Assembly (NCBI GenBank): GCA_003344405.1
Contig: NOWV01000109.1
Coordinates: 1 to 64,000, forward strand
Reading direction: 5' to 3'
Source: Trichoplax sp. H2
Lineage: Eukaryota
Length of the DNA stretch: 64,000 bases
Part shown: positions 39,234 to 52,678 of the stretch, piece after piece
Position numbering within the stretch: position 1 is the stretch's first letter
How the letters are laid out: every line of letters begins with the position of its first letter
Notes under the pieces: generated by a model
What the model was told of the DNA's origin: nothing
The model's input: the letters and a program-made list of their open reading frames with translations, nothing else
Database searches by the model: none
Translations under genes and position numbers: made by a program

Positions 39234-42200
39234 CTAGACTTGTCTTCCATGTCGGTAATCTTCATAATGGAGAGGTGGATCATTTCGACGATCATAGTGT
39301 TGTGGTGCACCGCGAGGCACATAATATGGATTTCCGTGTCTGTACATATCTTCTGGGGGTGAATCACGTACATAATGGCTATGGCCACGACTACTACTCT
39401 GCACGCGCAACGGCATTTCAACATGTTCCGGAGGATAATCCGGATATTGTCTAACATGAGTTCGATAGGAAAAATGAAAATATCGAATGGTTACTAACTT
39501 ACCGTATATAATTATATAGTTTCAGAAAAAAGTTAGTAAAAACAGAATGACGTCGCATTCATGTAAATCTAACCCGCGATGATCGAGCCGGCTTGTTTCG
39601 GCATAATGATTATCAACATATTCACGATTAGACTGTTGAGCTAATTGTCTAATAGCCTTTTTCTTATTAGATTCCTTTCGTAAACAAACACAGCAACCAA
39701 TCACGGCGATAAGAACTGAAATTATAGCATTGAATTCAAATTAATTGGTAATTTTGCTGCAATCAACAATAACATTTTGCGTTTACAAGTACGCATATAC
39801 ATGTAGCTTACCGATTCCGCCAAGAGATCCGCCACCGATAGCTATCCACTGCCAAACTTTTAGTCCTGCAAAAGGTTTATCCCAAAAACTTACAGTTGGT
39901 GTAGCACTTGGAGTAGCACTACTGCTGGCTGCAGTTTTCGTAGTAGCAGCTTGTGTTGGAGGGATAACAGTAGCTTGTCCAACCTTATACGACATGGCTG
40001 TTACCTACATTTCAAATAATACTAAGCTATAAGGCGTATTTTTAACAAAGATACCATGCATAAAACATTTGGCATAATACTACTGCAGCAAAATGTAGAA
40101 CCATTCTTCATAAAGATAATACTAGCCCACGAATGGTAATAAAAGTAATTGTGGGTAATTTTATATCGTTAGGCACTACATAACTTACAGAATTTTGATT
40201 GATTGGAATCGATAAGGTTTGATCTTGTACTTTTTTGATTAGCGTCGCAGAGGTATTATTTATAGTTGAGTAACTGCCTTGGAATAATACCTAAAGATAA
40301 GAGAAGTAAATGAATGATATCGTCGTTCAGCTACTAAAGATTACGATAGTGACCTAATACTTACCGTAATCGATGTTGTGTTAGTAGCTCTATTAACTGA
40401 TACTGTTACATTCTTAATTGTGGAATCCTATTTGTGAATTATATTATAATTAGTGATATTATAAAATTAACAGGTAAGACTCACACGGTTGTTTGGAGAA
40501 ATCTAGTCAAAATTTACGAAATAATACCGATAGGCCTAGAGACTTTTTAAATTCTGCAATGATATTAGCTTGACTAGAGGCCAAATTATCCTCAGCTTCG
40601 GGGAATATCACCTTGATAAGCAAAAGCACGGACATTTACTGTTAATTTCTATTTCTTTCAATTTAGTGTTTATAATTTTCAATCATGTAGCTTATTAGTA
40701 CCAATACCTGATATGATTGCACAATGGTTGTACCATCGTCTATAATGTTATGAGAGCAGATTTATTAAATATATTGGACAAAACTTTATCACTGTAATTT
40801 TTTACCGTTTAAAACTTAGAACGTTGCAAACAGAATTGCAGTACAAACCTTTGCATTCCGTTCCCTGTAGAGTTTGACCTGTTGAACAAGAATTGACACA
40901 TCCACCTAAAGATGCTACCTTTCCACCACTGCATGCCGTACAATAGTCTGGACTGTTACGGCAACTTACACATTTGTTAGTATTGCAAGCTATGAGGTAG
41001 TATGAATATTTGACCATTAGAATTTCAAATAAAGTATCAATTCAGGTACTCGTTACAAGATAACAGCAACGTACCAAAGCAATGTGTTGAATTCCCAGTA
41101 ATTGTGTAAGTTCCAGACGGACATGACGCGTAGCACATTAAATTGTATAAGTAAAATCCGGTCTGACACGCAGTACATGCTGATGAACTTGTACATGACG
41201 AGCATGCACTACCACAAACTAAGGATTGACAATACATTGGTAATCTAGGTCGATTACTGTGTAGGATAGAATAAAAATAATAGTTTCTACTCACGAATGG
41301 GTAGCACTCCACCATTTTCTGCCATTGTACGAGCACAGGCAGCCGCTGCTGGAGGGCATGTCACGGAACCAGAGCATCCAGAAAATTGTAATTTTTGACC
41401 AGTCGTTGAGCACGTCATTTCCTGATCTATAAGAAATATAATTAGCACGTTCAATATTGGACCTCTTCCTGATCCAAAATATTAAATATAGTTGAAGGCA
41501 ATTCAATCTTGATAGCTAATGCATTTAAGTATGTCACATAGTTGTAGAGATCTATACAAGTACGAGTATACATATGAGTCCATTTTAAACAAGACATAGT
41601 GTTTCTGCAATGTCCTATTTCTTGTCTTACTATTTCCGGCTGTAGCTTTAATTACAGTCTGCCCTGATGTTGTATTCCTGTAGCAGCGATATTCAATACA
41701 TTGAGCTTTTTCAACATTTACAGATTGTCCTAGTGTTCCCATCGCACATTTGGAGTTGGCACCAAACTTATTCCCACAGTCTATGATTGTGAGTATTTTT
41801 AAAAGGGTGATATTACTTGCCAGTATGAAAACTATCTAGGGCTAGTGTGATTTAAAAATTAAAGTCATTGCATTGAAAGCTATATTTTAGCTTTCCGATC
41901 AAATGAAATAGATAGGCAGTAAAGCTTACTGTTACTGAGACCAGTAGAGGAGCAGACAGAAGCACTTGCTGGCATAAAAACAGTACAATTGTCCATGTAC
42001 AGATTAGTTTGACAGAGTCCCTACAGTTATTTTTATAGCAGTTTTATTGTTAATTGCATAAAAAAGTAAAAGGGTATGGAAATTTTTACTACACACATCG
42101 TCAGTATTTCTGTATTATATGCTACCTGTGCAAAATAATCGAAAGTGCAACCGGATGTCGCCTCTTTAGAGCACGCATATGGATAGCTAGCTTGATTTTT

Positions 42201-45200
42201 GCATGAACCTTGGACAAAATTGCATCCTAAGCCTATCCGGTTAAGTAAATAATAGATATCAGACATGGCCATTAGACGCTAAATACTGTACATAGCATGA
42301 AGGAAAAGCATAGCTAAGAATGTTGAAATTTAGCTCGATGGTGTTGAACGGTGTTACCTTTGCCCCACAGTAGTTGATGCTTTGACTCTGCCGTATAGTT
42401 TACCTGATACCAACCGCTATCTTCCATTAACGCTAAAGTAAATTTGCTGATACTGACAACGCTATTAATTCAGAGAAATTAAACAATTATGGCTTATTCA
42501 TATTTAAAACTATTACGATTTTTTCCTTACTCAGCAAGACCGACTACAATTGCAGCTGTCATTAGTTCGTCCCGCAGCGTTCTCATTTCCCAATGAGAGC
42601 TAGAAAGCAATTTGGTTTACTAAGAGTCGATACTTTTGACGCAAAAATTAATCAGCTAACGAACTAGCTCAATCAGCTTTGTTCAAATACTGGTATACAT
42701 CAGGTAGTATTATATTAGTAGTTTATTATTACCCTACACTTCCTTCACCGCCAGCATCTTCAAGTTCTACACCTTGAATGGTGCTACAGTTATAATATTG
42801 TCTCGCAACTTCTACTACCTGTTATTCAAACATTATATTACGCTTATTTTCTATTTCATCAAAAAAATTGCGATCATTTAACGTCGGTGTGCCTTACTAA
42901 CGATAAAACAATGCAAGACAATTTATTTTTTGTATTTGGATAAATTGTATTGATTTCTATAATCTTCAAAGGACCGATATTATGTTATAGTTGGCGTAGT
43001 GCTTAGTAATAATAAAGTATAACAAGTAATTGTTATTACCTTGGGAGAATTGATAACATTAACTTTCTTGCCATTGATTGTCATGACAGAGTTAGCAATA
43101 TATGTAGTTCCATTCGGTCGTTGGAAGCTAATGTATTGAATAATATAGATGAATTCATTGTATGCCATTTCTGATGATATACTATAGGTAATACGCGGAT
43201 ATAGTCTGCAGTATACTGCGTACAATTGCCGTCGTTACTCGATCCATGTTATTTGCATTAAGTAACAACTTTTTAATTACTGTAGGTAGTCCATTGCTAC
43301 TGTAGAATTACAGAGTATTTATTTCTTCGAAAGTATCTTATTCTTACTTGCTGAACAGAGATGATGAAAATCCAAGAGCATGAAAAAATTCATGTATAGC
43401 TGTGAAGCGCAGCGTCTCAAATTGGGTAGTGGAAACAAATTTCTGATAGAATAGGATACAAAAAGGAATAAGCAATATTAATCAAAGATTGTCCAGGGTA
43501 GGAAAATAGATTTATTGGATTTAATAACTAACTACATTAGTACTTCACCAACTATTGTTAATGTATAGATCAAAGATTAAAAGATAGTTTCATGCATGTT
43601 GAAGCAGCAGAATGCTAATGAAGAAACACACACTATATACTCTGTCACTACTCGATTTCATAAATCAATTGACATTAGTTCACACAATATGTGTACTTAC
43701 ATCAGGGCAAAAGTTAACAAAACCGAGGATCGGTCGCTTGGTCGCTATATCCACTTTACATGCAGAAGCATAAGCTACAGTTCCAGCCTGACATAAAGCT
43801 AGAAAAATCATGAGAGTTTGGTACATTATATTACTCGTATTTTAGCGTGCACGGTGATTATGTACAACAGTTTACATTCTGACATCATTACCTGTATACT
43901 GAGCATAAATGTACATAATATAGTCTGATTCGGAGATTCCGCCACCGCCATAACTTGTACAGCTAGCAGTCGATGAACCATTAGAGCATAGATCGACTGT
44001 TGTATAATGCTGTGGCGCAAGTACATCGGTAGTAATAGTATTAGGACCACAAGCAGATGATTGAACAGACGAACATTTACCATCATTGACACCACCATTA
44101 TAGTATATTGTGCATGGATTGAATGATAAATTACCAGTAACAGGTGTAACAGCTAAAGCAGCTGCAAAATATTGCAAGACATTGGGTATGATTGTATTTT
44201 TCAAGTAAGCTTGGTTCGATGAGCTCATGTTTAATTTGTTTGGTACGTAATAAGGAGTAATACGAATAGGTTGTTTGCTCTGAACGGATCGTTTGCTAAC
44301 ATCTTTGGTTGGTAGTTTTGCTTCTTGTATATGGATATTTTGTTTGATCTAAGCGTAAGAAGAATAAATTTGTAAATGAAGGATGAATATTCTGAAGAAT
44401 ACAATACAGTGTGTCTTCCGTAACGAGTTGAACGGTTTGCTCGTTAACATGATCGAAATTAGTGAATATTATGGCTAACTATAAGAGGAATCTATCATGA
44501 AGAATCGGTGAGGCTCGATCGTTACTTATGATACTGTAATACTGCAGTTGATTGACTATAAGAGTTCAAACGACATTGATTCATTGATATTCAAGTGAAC
44601 TGTAAGCTTATGCATCATTAATTTTGCTATATTCTATTCTAAATTTATCCATCATTTAGGGATAATTTCCTGTATGGTAGATAAGATAAAAAGTTGTAGA
44701 GGTGCTAATCCATTAACTGTAGCAGATGTATTGTTTCTTCTAGTAGGCAATGGTACAAGGTTTACCAATTTCAGGGTATGGATTATTGGATCAATCGATT
44801 CCATACGAATTGATAAGTATAATTTAGGTTCTATCCGTTGTAGATTAGTTGGTAACAGTTATCAAAAAAAGGGAGATTGTGGTCGAGGACCTAGTAGATG
44901 CATTACAGGATATTGCTAGTTGATTTATCCGAGATTGGAAGAATTTAATCTGTTAATCCTTCAATAGCATTTTTCAACGATATGGATTCAAAAGAAACTT
45001 TATATTATTCAAGATTAACCACAAGAATTTATAATAAAGTTAGGAGATGGAGCAGAGAAGACAATGGTTTTTCTGTGCCTTCTACGTATAGACTCCTTTA
45101 GTTGTGTAGTTTTTTTCTATTAACTATTGGATAGGGAGGGCATCTTTTACTCCAGTTATTGATTGATGATGGCTTATCCTAATCTTGATCACTTGGGTCT

Positions 45201-47152
45201 TAATTAACTCTCGATTCAAAGAAACTTGACTTGATTATGATACACTATTGAACTAACTACAGTAGTGGGTTGTAGAGCATGTACAGATAATAACAAAGTA
45301 TTCACAAGAGTGAGGAAATGAAGAGTTTGCCTGGAGGCGAGCAACTGTTCCGATAGGAAATTAAAAAAAATGGTGGAAAACGCCTATGGACACTGTACAG
45401 TAGTTATCATTTTGGCTAGTTGATGTCGACCTTGAAAGGCCGCAAAAATACCCACCGAAATCGATTTTACTAGCAGTATCACATAGACAACGAGCTTGAT
45501 TCGTTCTCGTCTGCTTCATACTGGACATTATGATGTTTACAGAAAGTGTGATTTAATGATAGAGAAGAGAAAGATTTGATTCCCTCACCAAAGGGTAGGG
45601 GGATTGTCTGGCTTAATTAATTTATTGTATTATTATTTCAAGTACTGTCAACGTCGAGAAAAGTGAATTAGCGGTGGATCATTTACAAACTAAGGCAAAT
45701 AAACAATCATATGAAAGACTGTGATTTTATGGATGATTGAATAGGTAAATGAACAGCCAATGGAAGGATTGAACGTTTTATGCCGATGGTTGATATTTCA
45801 ATTTTGACGTAAGGCATTGATGGCCGCCATTTTAGGCTATTCCGACTAGGCGTAACCATGGCCGTGCTCTCTAGTAAACTATCAACACTAAACGAAGGAT
45901 AGGCAAATCGACAGTCGATCGGTCAGTATCGATCAAAGTCATCCACAGTCAATGCATGCCTTGAGGAGCTTATTAAAAGTACCATGGATTACCCACTATT
46001 CAACTATGAAAAATTGACCATTTTTAAGGTTGATATAATTGAAATCAAGGCGGACGATTGGGTAGGCATCTAATTTTTGTTTTGAATCGTATTTTGATGA
46101 CTTTGCTGGTGGTACGATGACTGTTGATCGCAAAGTGGATCCACTACTGATAAGTCTATGGAGTCTAAGAATGAATGAGGATGCATCGCACTGGATAGAT
46201 CTTAGTCTAGATGATGAGAAGAAGTGAATTTTACCACTATAAGGGATCTAATTTGAGGGTGATTTAAGGCCCCAAGACGGAAGATTGGTTAGGCATTTCA
46301 TTTTACCTGGAATCGTATTTTGATGACTTTGCTTGTGTTACGATGGATGTTCATCGCCAAGCGGATCTACTACGGACAAGTCTATGGAGTCTAAGAATGA
46401 ATGAGGATGCATCATACTGGATAGATCTTAGTGTAGATGATGAGAAGAAGTGAATTTTACCACTATAAGGGATCTAATTTGAGGGTGATTTAAGGCCCCA
46501 AGACGCAAGATTGGTTAGGCATTTCATTTTACCTGGAATCGTATTTTGATGACTTTGCTTGTGTTACGATGAATGTTCATCGCCAAGCGGATCTACTACG
46601 GACAAGTCTATGGAGTCTAAGAATGAATGAGGATGCATCATACTGGATAGATCTTAGTGTAGATGATGAGAAGAAGTGAATTTTACCACTATAAGGGATC
46701 AAATTTGAGGGTGATTACCATGTTGAAATAGGAAATGCTCTTTCGCCATTGGCAACAGCGGAGCAAATTACAGTGTACCTACGCTAAATATACCTGGCAT
46801 TACAGTGTATCGTATCAAGTTGGCGCTAGTACACGGTAAGATATACGTTGTTGATAAGAAGGCAGATCAATGAATAGAAAGTAAACTACTGTTGATGAAG
46901 ATGGATAGTGAAGAGTGTTTCCTCTCGTTACCAATAGGATTTACTATATACTACAAGCGAATGGATGAGTAGTTGTTTTTATTCAATCTGCTGTAAAAGG
47001 ACGATAATTCAATTAACAACCCATTCAATTCTGCCATCTCTCATTGCATATTGCCAACTTACGCGGTCATAGACACAATTTTGTTGCTGGATGGGTGTCA
47101 GAGAGACTTGGTAGATGAGACAGGTACAAATTAAGATGGAAATCGATTTCAT
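39234..47152 (-). CDS. Leishmanolysin/invadolysin-like M8 metalloprotease paralog 2: signal - M8 - 2 furin-like repeats - stalk - TM - Tyr/Pro/Arg-rich tail
   Basis: Exon 1 at 47152-47063 (MKSISILICTCLIYQVSLTPIQQQNCVYDR) joins in phase 0 to 44348 (IKQN...KRSVQSKQPIRI). HEFFH at 43394-43380, SHWEMRTLRDELMT, TLALMEDSGWY, WGKGLGCNF. Furin-like exons at 41218-41075 and 40989-40849. [41 protein letters not shown]. Last exon 39450-39234. Confidence 0.93.
46045..46716. repeat. 3 tandem copies of a 226-bp unit inside intron 1 of M8 paralog 2
   Basis: gaatcgtattttgatgactttgct occurs at 46084, 46310 and 46536. Copies 2 and 3 are nearly identical and copy 1 is more diverged. Confidence 0.95.
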
Positions 47153-47406
47153 CTTTAACGTTTTCACATAGGAAAATGGAAAGGAAATGATCGTCCTAAT
47201 ATCATTGGCTTCTCCACCGCCAACGTTGTGGAGAAGAAGTTGAGCAAGGGCGGAGTTTCTCCCGTCGGTACTGCTGTCTGTCCATGGTCTAGTGTATCAG
47301 TCACGGCTTGTCCCATAGTCGATCAGACTAGATCGACGCTTTGTGTGTGGCATTCTCCAGGGGTACCGGTACGGTACGATTACGGTACCACTAGCAGTCA
47401 ACATCA

Positions 47407-47414
47407 TGACGTCA
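47407..47414. promoter_or_regulatory. Consensus CRE palindrome TGACGTCA ~255 bp upstream of the paralog 2 ATG
   Basis: Exact 8-mer within atgacgtcat, in a locally GC-richer segment (47220-47500) with CCAAT at ~47426. Function is not shown. Confidence 0.3.
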
Positions 47415-47769
47415 TAGTGGTTGTCCAATGGCGTCGTCATGGCGCCAAATGCACAGTCAAAACGCTGTGAGAACAGGGCCATAGCGACGGAGCAGATTGG
47501 AAAAGATTTTGGCCATCAGCAAGGCTAAATTCATCTTTTGCTGCAGCGCTAGAATTGTATTCTTACCCTGAGTCCACTGTCAAGGGACTTTATGATCAGA
47601 TATGTTGATGGATTGATTGTACGAGTTATTGTTTCTGTTTTCTTTCTAATCAGATGGGCAAGATTGAAATCATCATGGCAAGGACGTGTCGTGCTCCACT
47701 TGTGACTTCTCTTTACCTTCCAGGAGCTCTTTCAAGTTTCAAGAGGATTAGTGTCTATTTGGTTCAAAT

Positions 47770-48955
47770 TCCTTATGAGCAGATCCTTGCAAACTTGAGC
47801 AGTTGGCAATGAATGCTTATAGAGTGTTCACCACATCCACTATAAATATAGTTCCAATTTCTCATGAGCAGATCCTTGCAAACTTGAGCAGTTGGCAATG
47901 AATGCTTATAAAGCACATCCACTATAAATATAGCTCCAATTTCNNNNNNNNNNNNNNNNNNNNGTACGAGTTATTGTTTCTGTTTTCTTTCTAATCACAT
48001 GGGGCAAGATTGAAATCATCATGGCAGGGTCGTGTCGTGCTCCACTTGTGACTTCTCTTTACCTTCCAGGAGCTCTTTCATGTTGAGATCCTTGCAAACA
48101 TGAGCAGTTGGCAATGAATGCTTATAAAGTGTTCACCACATCCACTATAAATATAGTTCCAATTTCTCATGAGCAGATCCTTGCAAACTTGAGCAGTTGG
48201 CAATGAATGCTTATAAAGCACATCCACTATAAATATAGCTCCAATTTCTCATGAGCAGATCCTTGTAAACTTGAGCAGTCGGCAATGAATGCTTATAAAG
48301 TGTTCAACACATCCACTATAAATATAGTTCCAATTTCTCATGCGCAGATCCTTGCAAACTTGAGCAGTTGGCAATGAATGCTTATAAAGTGTTCATTGCA
48401 AACTTGAGCAGTTGGCAATGAATGCTTATAAAGTGTTCATTGCAAACTTGAGCAGTTGGCAATGAATGCTTATAAAGTGTTCAACACATCCACTATAAAT
48501 ATAGTTCCAATTTCTCATAAATAGATCCTTGCAAACTTAAACAGTTGGCAATGGATGCTTTTAAAGTGTTCAGCACAACTACTGTAAATATACCGTAGTT
48601 TAAATTTCTCGTGAGCAGATCCTTGCAAGCTTGAGCAGTTGGCAATGAATGCTTTTAAAGTGTTCAGCACAACTACTGTAAATATAATGTAGTTTAAATT
48701 CCTTATGAGCTGAATCTTGCAAACTTGAGCAGTTGGCAATGAATACTTTTAAAGTGTTCACCACAACTACTGTAAATATAGTTTAAATTTCTCATCAGCA
48801 GATCCTTGCAAACTTGTGTAGTTGGCAATGAATACTCTAAAGTATTCACCACAACTACTATAAATATAGTTCCAATTTCTCATAAACAGATCCTTGCAAA
48901 CTTGAGCAGTTGGCAATGAATACTTTTAAAGTGTTAAGCACAACTACTGTAAATT
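47770..48955. repeat. Minisatellite array with ~87-bp unit and 81-bp and 45-bp variants, spanning the assembly gap
   Basis: Core ttgcaaacttgagcagttggcaatgaatgc recurs about 13 times. Right-hand copies carry caactactgtaaat instead of catccactataaat. Confidence 0.95.
47944..47963. other. Assembly gap (20 N)
   Basis: Run of n characters. Confidence 1.
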
Positions 48956-50543
48956 AAACACAGTGTACAACAATTTCTATGCAAAACCAGGGACTAAGCC
49001 CTCCATATCCAAAAATGATACTAACCGCTAACTCACCTTAATACCACTGTCCTACTCTTATTCCATTTCACTGGCTCATTACCGTACGGACACTAGCGTT
49101 TAGGCTTCAGTAGTCTCGATAAAACAGGCAGCACGAAAACTGTCCTAAACTAGTAGAAATCTGGTCTACTTTCAGTCTCCTTTCGATGACTATTTAAAAT
49201 ACCCCATGGGTATTCATACTTTTCTTTCAATCGAATGTTGAACACAATCATATACTAATATAGCTATAGAAAAGAGTCTAACTTTGTTATTGTGGTATTT
49301 CGGTAATCTGCCACAGTCAAGACTCGAAAGGTTCATCGTGATCATTGATCCAGCGAGTACTACTTTTAGATTACAAAAAGGAAAAAATGGAATAAGCTGA
49401 TTAGCGCCACAGATTACTCACAAAATTCCATTTTTTTTTACTGTTAGTAGTCCCTAGTAGCACTAGACACACGCTCAAGCTGTAGTGATCGAAAACTGAC
49501 AAGAAATGACGCAATAATGAGGTAGTGATGTACCCCATATTTGATAGAGTTTGATTTCTAAGCATCAGTATTGTCGTCATGCTAATATTAGACGATCGCT
49601 AATGGCTATATTAGAAATTGTTGATGACTAATATTAGTCAGTTAGCCAAGTATGATCATAGATTTGTAGAATTTACCGGTTAAATTTAAAAGTCCATGGT
49701 ATGATACAAGATTGACGAGATTTGATATGGGATAATTATTATCGAGATGCCAGCAACTTATGATTAGTGGAAGAGTATTGATATTTTAAGCAGATTGATT
49801 CGTACTGTAAAGCATACGGATGATCTATCTATTTGAGGAAAAGTCTTCTATTTGATGATTTAGATCTGATTTTAGGCAACAAAAAATACATTAAACGAAA
49901 AGTATTTAAGAACTGCCAGGATGAGCTTGGAGCCGACTAGATTTCAATTCTGTTGAGCTCAGGACACATTCAATTAGATTCTTGTTGTACTTAATTATTG
50001 CTCTAAGATTCTTAACTTTGTAATAAAAGCCATTTTTTTATTTAATCTATCTGAAGCAATTATTCGGTGAGAATTGTAGGCAGATTAAATAGAATAGTTG
50101 TGAGATACTTTATGACAGCCACGCTTTGCTACAAGTCCACGATAGACTTAGCAGACTCACAATGGTATTGGAGATACTACCGTGAGCTAGTTATAATTCT
50201 ATCAAATAAGGCAGCTATTTTAACATAGTGGTACCTTGGCTGTATCTTACAAAAATGAGTCAGTCTATACATTTCCAATTTTCTTAGATCAAGGTGCACG
50301 ATTTTTTCAGCGAGCACTGCTGGTCAGGCCTCGTGTCGATAGTCGTTATTGACTTTGGGCTATTTCTTCAAGAATTACAATATACAATTTCTTCTGTCTA
50401 TGGACACATTATGATGTTACAGTCATGCCAAAATGCTGTAGAAACATACGATGCTGTAATACTTACTCATGGTAGAGAAATGTTTATGCATTCTATTCAA
50501 GACTAAGTTCAAACTCTACTTGCAATAAGCCATCTCAGCTGTA

Positions 50544-50933
50544 CTTAAATTACAGGATTGTAAGCTCACTATCTGTTGCTGGTTCAAAGTAGGAAAACCG
50601 ATTGTAATAGAACTAATCAGGAAATTTAAAAATTTAAACTTCATTTAACCTTAATAAGAAGAAAATCGGCACGCAGCTCTACTCTAGCCGAATATAATAT
50701 AGCAAATTAAATTACACTTAAATTTCAGGATTGTAAGCTCACTATCTGTTGCTAGTTCAAAGTAGGAAAACCGATTGTGATAGATCTAATCAGGAAAATT
50801 TTAAAATTTATAGAAAATTGGGAAAATTAACGATATGCCCCTATATTTTTAGAAAATTTAAACTTCATTTAACCTTAATAAGAAGAAAATCGGCACACAA
50901 CTCTACTCTAGCTGAATATAATATAGTAAATTA
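50544..50933. repeat. Direct duplication of ~170 bp, second copy with a ~50-bp insertion
   Basis: cttaaatt(a/t)caggattgtaagctcactatctgttgct...gaatataatatag occurs at 50544-50710 and 50717-50933. Confidence 0.9.
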
Positions 50934-52678
50934 ATAAAAAAAAGACTTCTCGATAGAACTACTGGATTATGGACGATCAAAAGATTAGCGATTTACTTCT
51001 AGTAGTTCATGGCTGAATAATTTAAAGCTGTCTGCCTATACAGTGCGAGTATAGGCGTTCTTTTCATAACGCTCGCAATCATCATCAGCATGGTAACATT
51101 CGTCTTTAATTTACACGTATTTAGATGATTACTAGTAACAAAATTTACAGCGGGCCATCAAGAGTCCAATAAGGTAACCACAACAGTATTTACGTAGACA
51201 TTATTTCCACCAGCCAAAGTACAGTTTATGAATCATGTATCTATTTTTACCTCTAACATCAATAGAGACTCAGTACCCTACTGTATATAATTATCTTGTA
51301 CTCTAACTTAGAACCTTCAATGATAGTCCACGGCTACGAGCTACTAAATATGTCTTTAGATAAATACAGAAAGCAAAGCTACCGTACATCATACTAAACA
51401 TGGCTAACAAATAATTCATGAACATAATCTATAATTATAATTAATCCAATACTAAGCTACACCGGTGTACCGTTCGATCAAGCAGATTCCAGAATATCCT
51501 GAGGTGAGAATAGGAGACGATAAGATTTATTTCTGATTGGATTTATTGCGTCAAAAAAACATGGACTTGGGTAATAGATACTTGTTATGACCTGCTGTGC
51601 TAGGGGAAATATTGTCCTAATTTTGTATAAATAAAAAAGACTACGATAAACAGGGAAGGATACCGATGGTAAGTTACAGCTCAAACTAGAGGAGTTGATA
51701 CAGAATTTAGGATAAAATATTAGTCTGAAAAACCATTTGACATTGATAACATAGTCTTTAAACATATATCTATTGCACGCCTGAGATTACACTCATAATG
51801 ATTAACCTTAACAAGGTTTGTATGACAGCTTAATTTTCCAATATATTTGTATTTAATTAATTAATACACTAATTTCGCTCGCAAGGCTGCATACTAGTTC
51901 GTAAATATGAGGAATGATTCTAAATGGATAGAAAACAGAATGCGAGTATCTGCGTCTATAATCGAAATACTATAAACTATTTGCACAAGATTAACTAACA
52001 AATAAGAACAATCATCATAGTTTTTGACAGAGATCTCGTCGACATCTCATCCTTAAATCCGTATGCCGAGCTTCAATACGTGCAAAATTGCAACAAAGAC
52101 GACATACCGAACTCAAAACGTTAGTACAAAAAAATATCACGTTCATTTTTTCTAGGCTTAGAATGGCAAGAATAATACTCGTATAAAATACAGCCAATAG
52201 TTGATTTCAAAACAGTCATTGAGCTTTTATAGCGTAGTGAAAGTCAGCACTGCAAATAGTATCTTTATCCCAAAATAATTTGTTCGGGTTGCGATTAAGG
52301 TTTAAAATTTAGTAATTTCCGTGTTCCTAAAGATAAAAAAATTAAAAAATTGATTTTAGTCAGCTTTTATAATCTTGGCTGATATCGATACATCACAATT
52401 TTGTAAATGATAGATATTGCCAGAGTATTGCATATATGATAATAATCTATATCGATGATTAAATAGTCGAAATACTTAAAGTGATTTGGATGTGGCATTA
52501 AGCTATGAATTACATATGTTCTATTCTATAGTATTGTAGATATTAACCATAGTAAGTAAAGTTGGCATTTATATTTCAATTGCACTCTCTACTAATTATA
52601 CTGTATATATTATCCAAGCCATCACCTAGTGTTGCAGTCACAATCTATTTTTAATTAAGATCATCACTATAAACTTAC

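Noticed and set aside
47770-48955. CRISPR-like appearance of regularly spaced repeats
   Set aside because: The intervening sequences are themselves repeated rather than unique spacers, the context is eukaryotic, and there are no cas genes.
51890-52200. Possible final exon(s) of M8 paralog 3 and ORF 52015-52197
   Set aside because: Several phase-compatible acceptors exist and none can be chosen from sequence alone.
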